This document shows positions 13,001 through 23,595 of a DNA stretch of 64,000 nucleotides, one piece after another. Positions within the stretch are counted from its first letter, which is position 1, and each line of letters starts with the position of its first letter. The position numbers were made by a program, and so were the translations under genes. The DNA lies in assembly GCA_043228905.1 (NCBI GenBank), contig JBHGNT010000001.1:32302001-32366000 (forward strand). The letters run 5' to 3'. This stretch comes from Azolla caroliniana. Taxonomy: Eukaryota > Plantae > Polypodiophyta. The notes beneath the pieces were generated by a model. It saw nothing but the letters and a program-made list of their open reading frames with translations. It made no database searches and was not told the origin of the DNA.

Positions 13001-14090
13001 GTATCGGAAGTTCGACTCCTTCATGACCGATCAAGGGTACCACAAGACGCAGGCCGATCACTGCGTGTTTGTGAAGAAGTTCGAAGGAGGGGACTTCCTG
13101 ATACTCCTCCTGTACGTGGATGACATGTTGATCGTCGGACGAGACCAAGGAAAAATATGGATGCTGAAGAAGGCTCTTAACCGGACCTTCTCAATGAAGG
13201 ACTTGGGTCCGGCAAGACAGATGTTGGGGATGCACATCATTCGGGACCGGTCAGTGAAGCAACTATGGCTGTCACAGGAGAAGTATGTGACAAAGGTGCT
13301 TCACCGGTTCAACATGTCAGATGCAAAACCGGTCGGATCGACACTTCCGGCAAACTACAAGTTGTCCGGCAAGCAAAGCCCGAAGACAAAAGGAGAGAAG
13401 GCAGATATGATGAAGATTCCATATGCCTCTGCCGTCGGGAGCTTGATGTACGCAATGGTTTGTACCCGACCGGACATTGGATACGCAGTCGGAGTGGTGA
13501 GCCGGTTTATGAGCAACCCCAGCAAGGAGCATTGGAACGCGGTCAAGTGGATACTCCGGTATTTGAAGGGCACTTCAAATATGTGTCTCCGATTCGGCTC
13601 TGGAAAACCTCAACTGGACGGTTTCACCGATTCGGACATGTCGGCTGATGTGGATACCAGCCGGTCTACATCCGGGTATGTGATGACATATGCAGGGGGA
13701 GCTGTCTCGTGGCAGTCGAGGCTGCAGAAGACGGTTGCATTGTCAACCACAGAGGCGGAGTACATGGCGGTTGTGGAAGCCAGCAAGGAAATATTATGGA
13801 TGAAGGACTTCATCAGGGAGCTCGGTATCCGGCAAGAGGAATACCGACTCTACTGCGACAGTCAAAGTGCCATCCACCTTGATAAGAATGCGGCCTACCA
13901 TTCCCGGACGAAGCATATCCAGCGGAGGTATCACTGGATCCGGGAAAGGGTAGATGACCAGGAGTTCACATTGGCGAAGATCCACACGGCCGAGAACGGG
14001 TCAGATATGCTGACCAAAGTGCTGACACCTAACAAGCTGGACGCATGCCGGAAGAGGATCGGGCTGGAAAGACACCCCATGCCGGAGTGA
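10029..14090 (+). CDS. Copia Gag-Pol polyprotein (gag, CCHC knuckle, protease, integrase, RT, RNase H), 1353 aa
   Basis: Motifs CFNCGKPGHFQKNC, WVVDSGAS, LWHKRLCH..C..C, VHTD/ADNGGEY/AERMN, QLDVKTAFL, LYVDDML, FTDSD, in copia domain order. Confidence 0.97.
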   Translation: MDKSFGGMFKLTGSNYSVWKSKMRDMLVVKDLWLPVQFGDKRPDKIDAAIWEVMHMKTTAYIRCFIDMSLYNNFNEESKAHELWEKIDTMFQNKNAVNQASVFRKLVRLRYQDGSSMAEHMNAFQGLIHQATSLEVPLADEVLALLLLGSLPDSWETLVVTLGNAGPEGKRLSLARVKSSLLDEEARRKDKDTSSDSKALLTESERGRHRNRSPQNREKSGTRSKSRGRPTCFNCGKPGHFQKNCRHFRKDKETDGTDSKQTPNRNGTDRNGKDRRGPDRKGTTTIAASEEELMLITEESEINHAGDEMTWVVDSGASFHLTPDRKCFSSYLAGDHGCVRMGNEGTCRIVGIGDVWLTTPTGCKLLLKDVRHVPEVRLNLILAGRLDDEGYTGSIRNGVMKFSKGSLIVARARKVNTLYLMNARLCPEEVNVASDTAGELWHKRLCHMSEKGMKRLGDDNLIPVKNVHLEKCTDCLAGKPNRTSFRPRPPMRRNAPLELVHTDVCQVDTKSHAGAQYFVTFIDDHSRKLWATPLKTKDQVLSVFKELHARVERETGRKLKAVRADNGGEYRGQFEEYCRSKGIRLELTVPKTPELNGLAERMNRTIMERVRSMLAHAKIAKKFWAEALSTATYVINRSPSVPLDGDTPRRVWTSKEVSYRHLRVFGCLAYVHVAKDRRGKLDPKTRPCIFLGYGDDEFGYRVWDPVDKKVFRSRDIIFMEDKTLADWESEKKIVNSESTGKDRLYNEQTQPARDRLALKEPAGYGEDTEPAEEEVEEAETGTGQDPESDSDEEQMEEPITEARRRRYPLRERRAPRRFPDAEHVLLTDEGEPESFEEAKVDTHNRKWLSAMQDEMDSLHENHTYELVELPKGKRALRNKWVFKLKPGDAGNPPRYKARIVVKGFQQKKGVDFDEIFAPVVKMTSIRTVLSIAASMDLEVEQLDVKTAFLHGDLEEEIYMQQPEGFVEKGKEHLVCRLKKSLYGLKQAPRQWYRKFDSFMTDQGYHKTQADHCVFVKKFEGGDFLILLLYVDDMLIVGRDQGKIWMLKKALNRTFSMKDLGPARQMLGMHIIRDRSVKQLWLSQEKYVTKVLHRFNMSDAKPVGSTLPANYKLSGKQSPKTKGEKADMMKIPYASAVGSLMYAMVCTRPDIGYAVGVVSRFMSNPSKEHWNAVKWILRYLKGTSNMCLRFGSGKPQLDGFTDSDMSADVDTSRSTSGYVMTYAGGAVSWQSRLQKTVALSTTEAEYMAVVEASKEILWMKDFIRELGIRQEEYRLYCDSQSAIHLDKNAAYHSRTKHIQRRYHWIRERVDDQEFTLAKIHTAENGSDMLTKVLTPNKLDACRKRIGLERHPMPE

Positions 14091-14100
14091 AGGGGGAGTT

Positions 14101-14497
14101 TGTTGGTAGACAGGTCCCTCCGGATGGTGCAGGCCCGGTATGAACCGGATGAGGAGAACCCGATTTTGGAGAGTCGGATGGTGCAGGCCCGGTATGAACC
14201 GGATGAGGAGAACCCGACTTCGGAGAGTCGGATGGTGCAGGCCCGGTATGAACCGGATGAGGAGTACCCGACTGCGGAGAGTCGGATGGTGTAGGCCCGG
14301 GATGAACCGGATGAGGAGTACCCGACTGCGGAGAGCCGGACGGAGCCCATCGAGGCTACATTTGTAAATAGCCGAAAAGTCATATTAGTATAAATATGAC
14401 TTAGGGCAAACTTTTTGTTTTTTTGTTTTTTTTTTTGTATGCGTGATTATTATTCTTCCTTGTTGGTGCAAGAAGAAATCAGAGCGTGTAACTGTAC

Positions 14498-14534
<37 letters not shown>

Positions 14535-14819
14535 CGAGGTCGTTGCCTCTGTTGTAACCGCCGCCTGTGGCGAAGATCTGAGAGCACGAGGTCGTTGCCT
14601 CAGTGATCTCACTGTTGTATATTTCTGCATAGTGACAGTTAGCAACTTGTGGGCTGCCGTGGTTTTTTCCCCCTATTTTGGGGTTTTCCACGTATACCTC
14701 CTGTGTACTGTTTCTCCTCTTCTGTTTTTGTGTGTCACGTTTCATTACCTGTTTTCTGTGTATAAAAGAACCTCGGTTGTGGCCGAGCGTCGGACATAAG
14801 GAACGTCGAGTTCTCAACA
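14101..14819 (+). repeat. Copia 1 3' LTR
   Basis: Direct repeat of 9263-9998 with roughly 8-9 substitutions and microsatellite length change; preceded by the PPT at 14089-14098. Confidence 0.95.
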
Positions 14820-17500
14820 AAGGCATGGTGAGCCTAACTCCAAACCTGCCTGGCTCAATCAACACATATTGTGGAATCCATGTATCTGAGATGAATTTGG
14901 TAAACTAATTGGATCAAGTAAGGGGTTGTCATGGGGAAGCATTACATAAGGTACAACAAAGAGAATAGAATATTGGAGGCGGTTTATGTCATTGCCATTG
15001 TAATATCAAACCAACATACTCCATGGAATTAGGGGAGGATGGACTATGAGATATGAAATTGTGAACACTTTATTCCTTGGGGAAGCTACTAGTTGAAGGA
15101 CGGCAATGGAAAAGTTAACACTGAATCGGGAGGAGGGTTCTTTGATTCCAAGAGGTATGGAAATACCAAATAGGATCTAAAGCCATGAGCCACGAGACAA
15201 TGAAGAACCAACAACAACAAACATGAGAATTCGAGTGCATACCGGCTGTAACTGGAATGTAGATCCTAATCCGCTCAAAGTACATGTTTTCGGCAAACAT
15301 GTGCTCATGAAAACACATGGCTATGTAAGGTCAGCTAGGACCCTTTGCAATGGACGTGACGCGATCCTTATGTGGGCCAAGGAAGAAAAGTCATCCCCTT
15401 CTTCCAATTAACAACCAGATTGGGTCGCCACATCCTACTGCTCAAACCGATTAAGAACTGGTTGTTGCAAAGATACAACACACATATCATGTTCCCCATA
15501 CAACTATTGCCAAGTTTTGGCAACAATTATAGAAACAACAACACGCAAAGCGAATTACCACGTTTCAATGGCTATTAATACATAGGCCATTGCCCGTTGG
15601 AGCGTGATAGTGTGGGATCATTAGCTCTCCTAATTGTGTAGCGTGCCCCAATGCAATAGAATCAATCTGATGCGCTTGTGGGACTACCTAGAGACCCATT
15701 GAATATGGTGGGGGGTTGGCCAACTATTGCAATTATGCCAGGTGCAAGGCACATTCAACAAGGAGAATATATGTTGGTTATCATAACATACCCCAATTGA
15801 TAGATACGAACATCACATGGAGGGCATGACGTTGGTGATAAATGCACAAGAAATCTCATTCTCAACGACCAACAATATTCACTCAACTCCCATCAATGCG
15901 AAAGCTCAAGTCATGTTGGAATTAATCAACCCAATAACACTATGGACTGTCTGGAAACAACGTTGTAGGTGGGTCTTCTCTAATCAAACTGTGCACTATG
16001 CAACGGTATTGTAGGAGATATTGAGTGAAGTTGTAGTCACGCTAAAGATCCAATACGATGGCATCACGGGTGGATTCAATGGAGCTGAAAGACAATGATA
16101 AGCCTTCATCTAACAATGGTCGTCTTGTCCTATTCTTGAGTCCATGGGCCTCAACATAAGATGGCACTATCGAGTCCCTTCTGGGATTTGTATATAACGT
16201 TCTTAGCTATAAAATAACTAGTGGAAAGAGTTTTGTTTTTGGAAAAAAAAAGTATGCCATAACTTAAATTCCTAGTACATTGTCATGTTACATGGATGCA
16301 CCATCAAAAGCCATTGGATGTCCTCTCATGTTAGGATCCAAACCTTCGATAGATGGGGGAAAACCATTCATTTGTTTTTTCTATGACATGATTTTATAGG
16401 TTCAATATGAACTCAATTTCCACTTTGGGTGTCACACATTTACATTTTGATCGTGTTTGAAACCAATAATGGTTAAGTATCATGTCCAATGCAATGTTTG
16501 TACAATTGATATCCATGTGTTTGGGTTATTTTCAAAACATTGATTCATATATACGCAACATATTTTATTGTATTTTCCAAATGGATAAAGACTCAGATCA
16601 AGTAAAGCATTGATTTAAGTTTCCTAGACCAAGAGATAGAGACATGCCAATTGGATGGAAGTGAGGATTTTAACAATATTTGTAGGGAACAAACAAAAGC
16701 CCATTTTGTACTAGAAGAAGAGGATAGAGCCTAAGAGTGATGCAATGGGTCATGAACAGACATTTGGCCAACAAATAAGGAGACTTCTAATCAGTTTCAA
16801 CAAATGAGTCTGAGGTGTTATCTCTAGATTAACGTAAGATATATACAAGTGTTACCAAAAGAAGGTTCAAAACACAAAATATTCGATGCACATGGATGCA
16901 GAATTATACACCCTTTTGAAGAAAAATTATGAGATCACAAGTGTTGACTAGGTGACCAAATCTAAATTTAAATTCCAAATTTAATTTTGGAAGAAATTAT
17001 CATCGGATAAATTGCAATAACATGGCCTATGGGATTGGTCGATATGCTTTTGTCATATTTTAATTAATAGCTTATCATTAACATTTATCAAAATGAAAGG
17101 AAAAAGTCACCTTCATATGGAACAAGACTACTATTGAGTGTGATTGAAAATACAAAACATGATTGTAGCAATCATACCAAAGGATAAACGGAATGAGATA
17201 TTGCAAAGTCTTCAAAACAATGTGACGGTTGATAATATGAAAGAACTTACAAGTTAGAAATGGTTAACATGAGAGAGAACTTCCCTTACATTGTTTAAAC
17301 CAATTATTTGTACATACAATAACTACGACACCTTTACATTCTTCGTTCCCTTAAATTCAAAGGGAACTCTTTGCAATGTCACAAGATCTAATCTAATAGA
17401 TATGGCCATCTTAAAATTTTAGCTAGCAAATACTGAGATCACTAAATGCTATGTGCGCTATAGAAACAATATCTCAAGACAAGAGCATAGAGCATAAAGA

Positions 17501-20393
17501 TCATGATCCTTTCCTGTCTTGCAGTGAATGATTTTCAGAGTGTGCTGATTGGATCAACGACATCCATAAGTTTGCCTGAAAATATTACCCTTTTAATTGT
17601 CAATTCTCCAAATAATTAAGGTGCATATAAATCATCAACTGAAAGACCAAGACTGTTAGCCAAGAGATTTTGATCGTGGCCCAATAAGGGATTTATTGAC
17701 AATTTGCATAAAGAAATGTAAGAAACCTGTAGCCTTAAAGGAGTGGCACACTCTAGACGAAGGCCATCACAAGTCGTGACATGGAATCCAAACCAAGCAA
17801 TATTCTCTTCATCATGTTGTATTTTTCCTGATATTTCTCCAACTTCCACAATGTCACTAAAGAGAATGGCTCCTTCTGGCCTTAAATCTGGAACACAAAG
17901 AAAGAAAGAAAGAAAGAAAGATATATTAACGTCTTCTAAGGCCAAAATTGGCCCATGAGAATTGGTTTACAACAAAATGAGTATTTATCCAGTCATCATA
18001 ACTAAAACAAAAGAGAGATGATTTGACATTGTAAAAGCTCTATTTAATATAGCACAAGGTTTTTTAATTTATAGAAAGTTTAACCAAGAGGAATTTTAAT
18101 TTACAGGCAGTACATGGTCAAAAGTTATCTTCCAAAGTAATTTTAGTATCAATGAGATATTTTTGTCATTGTAACAGGTTTAATCTAATTAGAAATAAGT
18201 GATATAAGTTACCTGCTGCCCTAGGAAAGAAAAACAGCGTTGAGCCTTCTAGAACAAGGAACCTTTGTAGCCAATCATCAACCTCAAAATCATCCACAGG
18301 CAATTCACCAGGTAAAGGAGTCCATCTCTAGTGGGAAAAAAACAAGCAAATAACATTTTCAGCTTTAATGTAGAGAATCAACTACCTATATGGATAGTGT
18401 GTATGTATGCTATACACACACCCCTATACACGCATGTATATAAATCCATTCATGTATATATATTATATGTATATCTGGAATAACCAGCCATTCATTCATT
18501 CATAGTGGCTAAGAGATCTAAAGAAACTAGAATTAGGGTAACAAGAAATTCCACCATTCGTGTGAGTAAATAATTTGCCAACTGAGCTGTCCTCAATATC
18601 TCATCCAAATTATCCATCCTAGAAACATAAGGTAAAATCAAAAGGGTTCAAACCTGAACCTCCAAATTTAGATATAACTCTGCATCTCAACAGAGTCTAA
18701 AACCACCATCAACTACTTACTTAGCTTTTAAAGCAGCTTCACGCTCCTCCGCACTAAGAATTTCATCTTGAAGAGAGAAAACTTGTGTTGTGGCAATATC
18801 TTTCTTGAAAGCAATTCATTTGAGAAAACCATTTTAGTGTATGGCATAAGACTTGCATATAAATACATTCCATGAGGAGTGCAGAGGAGTGCAGATGAAG
18901 AAACCATACCCTACTCACCTCTTCATATTTACTTGCACTTGGGCTCCACAAATGTTTTGAAGGAAAAGACAGAAACCTCAAGGACGACCATAAGAATCCT
19001 TCTGGCTTGTAAGTTGATCTGATTGATAAGTTTTTGCTTGTTTGAAATCTAGAATTTTAAATAACATTACTAAATAAGTTTGCATTATAAACATTCATCA
19101 ACATGGCCAGAAAAGTTTCACTTATATACACCACATAGACCTTGAAGACAACGATGAACTCAAAACAGCATCCTCCACACACTCTCCCTTTGGAGTCTTA
19201 GGAGATGAAACTGTGCTTTCTGCTGACAAATCTGTCTGATCAGTGCTCTTCAATAATAAGGACTCTCGAGCACTCTGACAGCCAAAAACATGTTCAAAGC
19301 GTATCAACATTTGTGGCATTTGAGTGGGCTAGAAAATATAATATTTGATGATTACATATAAAAGAAGCCATTCCGAATCCATCATGCCGGAACATGCGTG
19401 ATTATTTCTCTGCAACGCCAAGAGTCCCAAGCCATCAATCCCTTCTTTTGCAAAAGCTTGACAATGGTCTGAAGGGCAATCATTGGATTAAGTATACGAT
19501 GATTTTGAGGCTCGATTTTTTTAATAGGTTGCATTAGGTTATCCTTTGTAATTTAAAGGGTTCCCATATGCCTTATAGATTTCTGTAATGCAAAATCATC
19601 TCTCTTTTCTTATTGAGGGTTTATTATCCCCTAGTGGCAAGCCATATTTTTATCAACCAAAAGAAAATTATGGGAGTCCTGTGCCACTAAGTGATCAAGA
19701 TCAAAGAAATTCGCAAGGTGAAACTCCATACTCTCAGTTTCTATTATGTAAAAGAAACACATACCATGGCAATGATGCACCTTATGCTATGTTGAAATTA
19801 CCAGGGTAACTTGCCACTATCACCCTCTGTACAAAAGACTTTGCATTCTCTAAGAATGCTAGAAATCAACCCATGATTTACATCATTTTGAGTTAGGAAA
19901 TCTCATGAGAAGGCAATGAGTGTGAGAAGAGGCATTCAAGCTAAGTTATCCAATAAAAAGACATTCATTTTGAGAACAGACAATTGAATAAAGACCTCCA
20001 ATAAAAAGACACTGGGTCTGAGAAGAGACAATCTAGTGTCCATGGTTCCGTTGAATTACAATTATGGTGATTGTACAATATGACATCATGAACAAATGCT
20101 ATGGAAGCATTCCAGTAGTACCTTCCCATACATACGAGTTCCTATTTAATTGAGATAGAATGATTTCAGAAAGAAGAATTAATAATACCTTCCATACGTT
20201 CACTTTGGAATGGAACATTCCCTCGTAGCCATGATATAACAACCTCCACAGACCAACGTTGCACTGGATCTAACAGTGACGATGAACTGTGAATGACATC
20301 CCCACAAATAGATGTTTTAGGTGATTGTAAGGTTCCCATCTCAGTTTGCGGAAGCATAGGTTCATTATGATCAAAATGGAATGGAGTCCTCAT
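17501..20393 (-). CDS. Spliced gene: N-terminal SAM-like domain, coiled coil and C-terminal PH domain (~359 aa, 9 coding exons)
   Basis: Manually assembled GT-AG exons with consistent phases: 20189-20393, 19356-19468, 19141-19274, 18919-19048, 18721-18803, 18555-18618, 18213-18327, 17727-17887, 17501-17575 (1080 nt, no internal stop). SAM-like RWSVEVVISWL..DHCQAFAKEGIDGLGLLAL; coiled coil QDEILSAEEREAALKAKMDNLDEIL; PH-like DDWLQRFLVLEGSTLFFF..ILFSDIVEVG..FGFHVTTCDGLRLEC..ANLWMSLI. Confidence 0.82.
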
Positions 20394-21440
20394 CTATAAA
20401 CAAATTGAATAACTTTAGATTTTTGTTCCTCAAATACCCAAATTTATATCAGCAAATCAGTTAAAGTAACTTAAAAAAATGAATACATTAGGGTTTTTTC
20501 TTCAATCAAAGGACCCAGGTCTATTTTTATATGTCACGAAATGAATTGATATAACTTCAGAAAACTTAAGTTCAAAATTAATTTAGAATGAAATCCACGA
20601 TTAGGTTAAAACTAAGTTTAATCATTTATTAAGAACTCACCGTAGGCTATAAGAGAGAATCAAGAGAAAGAAAGAAAAAAAGAGTTCGTAAGAGATATTT
20701 AAACAAAAAAAAATAGAAGTTAAAATAAAATGAAAGTGAGCTAAATACAATAATGATAATAAGACATTCAATACGAGAACCCAATCTAATTTTAACTTAT
20801 TAAATTCTTTAAATTTACTTAGGATGAAAGTCCACAATTGAATTTAATCACTGTTTTATAACTAGTAGTCAAAACCAGGCTAAAAGAGAGAAGGAAGGAA
20901 CTACGCACCAGAAGCGATCTAATGAAAAAAAGGGAGCTCCAAAGAAGAAAACCCATTTCGAGTTTATCTCCGCAAAATCAGTTAAAAATGAAGTCAGGAT
21001 GATTTAAAAAAATAAAAACTTAATTCAAGAGTAAGCTAAGCTTCGCCATTGATTGATTAGAGAGAGAGAGAGAGAGAATTTATCGAGTTCCGTTTTTTTA
21101 TTATGATCAGAACCCACAATTCATTGTTGGTTTATTCACGTAGTAAGTATTACCTGAATGATTGGAGGCGAAGATTTAGAGAAAAGAAAAGCCATTTGAT
21201 CTTAAAGCTCAGCAAACATGAAACCTCTTTGCTTTTGCTTTCGCTTTTGCTTTTTGCCTTTTACTTCTTCTTCTTTTGTCAGTTCTTAAAAGCTTCTCGA
21301 GTGCTGATAAAGAAGAAACAAAACGAAAGAAAACAGAGAAATGAGCATCGCGTTGATGTTATGTAGGTCACACGCAGTGGAAGGGGGAGGAAAAAGGAAA
21401 GTTTCAATGAAGCAAGTACAACTTACAAGAAAGAAATGGG

Positions 21441-21696
21441 CAAATCTTTGGGTTGTGTTGATATGTAAATGCGAGGGACATTTAACTTGGGATGCGAAGG
21501 CGGACATCTATCTGGCCGGCAACCAGAAACTACTCAAGTCTCACACACATGGGCCATCTCACTTAGAAAAGCAAATGCCAAATCTTTGGGTTGTGTTGAT
21601 ATTTAAATGCCCGAGTGTGACATTTAAGCTGGATGGGAAGGCGGACATTTGTCTGGCCAGTAACAAGAAACTTGTCACATGCATGGACCATCTCAG
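21441..21696. repeat. Imperfect ~138-bp tandem duplication upstream of the SAM-PH gene
   Basis: caaatctttgggttgtgttgatat...gaaggcggacat..tctggcc...ccatctca occurs at ~21441 and ~21579. Confidence 0.8.
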
Positions 21697-23595
21697 TCAC
21701 CTACTGTTGAGGGACTTCAACTTCAACCCAAAACGCCTTGGACCTTCCTTTTCTCGCCAAATGACTTCACCCGACTTGTTCTCCACGTTTGTTATCTCAA
21801 AAGGTAAGTGCTAACTTTAGGCCCCGCTCTGATTGTCTGGCCAGCTCCAATCATGAAAGTGAGCCAGCAAAATTATAGGATTGGATGGATAATTGGGGCA
21901 ACAACAAAAGAAACCGTTACCAACATTTGTTTCCTTAGTTAGAAGGAACACGACAACTTTAGGTCTAGTTCAAAATGCCAAACTACTTAGGTTGAGAAAG
22001 TGAACCTTGGTTGAACATAGAGTAAAGTACTAGGATTTTTCTCTCACCATCTTCATTGCATTTGTATCAATAAACATTCACATACCATGTATGGTAGCAT
22101 TAAGAGAAGAACTATTGATAGTACTGCTAGGTTAACTCTAATTTGGTCTATGTAGGTAGACACAAATACATGCAATTTAGCCATGTCGAACATTGAAATT
22201 TTATATTTTGTCTATGCGGATGGCACTGTGCACCGAAGTTGTTGGACAACTACCCCTTGCAAAATGAAATAATTGGTCCACAACAACTTCCATCTATCGA
22301 CGAGTCTTCAAGTAGAATTAGGCCTTGACTGGAGTCTCTATGCGATTCACCGCTATGGAGGACACTATGTAGATGGATGTTGAAACACTTGGAAGGATGT
22401 CAAAACACTATGCAGATGTATGTCAATCACAAAGATGGTGACAATTTAATAAGGGTCTCCTAAAATGGTTTTTTGATGATGTGGGAGAACATGATTTCTA
22501 AAACAAAAATTTTGCAAGATGGTGAGCAAGTTTGATTGTAATGGTTTTTTCCTCTATGAGTTGACATTATATTATACCTTCTATGCTATTTTTTTTGACA
22601 TCCTTCTCTGATATAGATATCAAATACTTTCTTGTTTAGGCTACTTTCAAAAGAAAGTACTAATGCACTAGTAGATTTTATGTTTTCTGGAACAGATTTT
22701 TCAAGCACACAACACAAGGATAACATGAATTATGTTATGAGAACTCTTGGTACAATTTAATTTAATATTGTACAACCTTGTTAACAATATCCAATGAAAT
22801 ATGCCAATAATGGGGCCAATTACATAAATTAAGAAGCTTTCAAAAGTTTCTCAAACTGATCATGCCACTGCATTTTTGGAGCTTGTATCATTAATAATTA
22901 TCATGCAATATGAACAACCCATATGATGGTAGCCAGCCTTTCCAGACACATTTCGATAAATGCTTTCCACAAGAGTTTTGTGCAGGGCACTTGAAATTAA
23001 AGATACGGTCAACCTACTATAAGTATTGCATTGTTCTTGGGCCAATATCACAGGTCAATATTTTCAAAAGCAACCACTAGCAATATGGAGTGTATACAAT
23101 CTATGCAAACAAACGCAAAACATTAATTATATGGCAAAAGAAAGAAAATAAATCTATAGCAAGTCCAAGTCATGTTGCTTCTTGGCCATTCACTACAAAA
23201 CAAAGACGCACACAGACCGGATAGTGTGTAGACGAGCATGGACCACCACCATTATGCTCACATGTCTATTTGGAATGTCATTCATGGTGTCAATTTCACA
23301 CATATCTTTTCACTTAAATATAAGATTCTACAGCTCATCAAGTGACTTTTAAGTAGAAATGCTACTTATTGGATGACGTGAATGTAGAATATATATACGA
23401 TTAGTATTGACTTAAAAGAGTGTCATCAGGAATTAGTCAATGTGGTTTTGCGAATGTAATGAATATGCTTCAGACAAAGCACTACATGTTTCATGTAGCC
23501 CCATCACATATGAGAGATAATCTTCTCAAAGTTGAGAGGGACATGAAAAGGTTAGCATATAATTATTTTTTTACATGTGAATAAGACTGTTTAAA

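Larger units (their letters stand above)
9263..14819 (+). mobile_element. Full-length Ty1/copia LTR retrotransposon (copia 1, Tnt1-like)
   Basis: TG...CA LTRs at 9263-9998 and 14101-14819. 5-bp TSD aaggc at 9258-9262 and 14820-14824. PBS tggtatcagagc, PPT gaagggggag, single intact ORF. Confidence 0.97.
8277..16248 (+). mobile_element. Degenerate 5'-truncated L1-like LINE (LINE A), interrupted by copia 1
   Basis: RT motifs EFADD and INWYKS in ORF 8345-8824; zinc-finger region at ~15600-15720; A-tail at ~16243-16251. Near-perfect 17-bp TSD aaagtatg(t/c)cataactt at 8260-8276 and 16249-16265. Confidence 0.85.

Noticed and set aside
10077-14383. Antisense and alternate-frame ORFs inside the LTR elements (also 38-43 kb and 48-52 kb)
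   Set aside because: Expected shadow ORFs of GC-rich coding sequence.
7151-16251. Inverted LINE 3' ends forming one large TIR element
   Set aside because: LINE A has its own TSD (8260/16249), so these are independent insertions of the same family in opposite orientation.
19275-19355. In-frame TAG suggesting the SAM-PH gene is a pseudogene
   Set aside because: The stop falls within an 81-bp GT-AG intron whose removal keeps the frame (LLLY|SARES).
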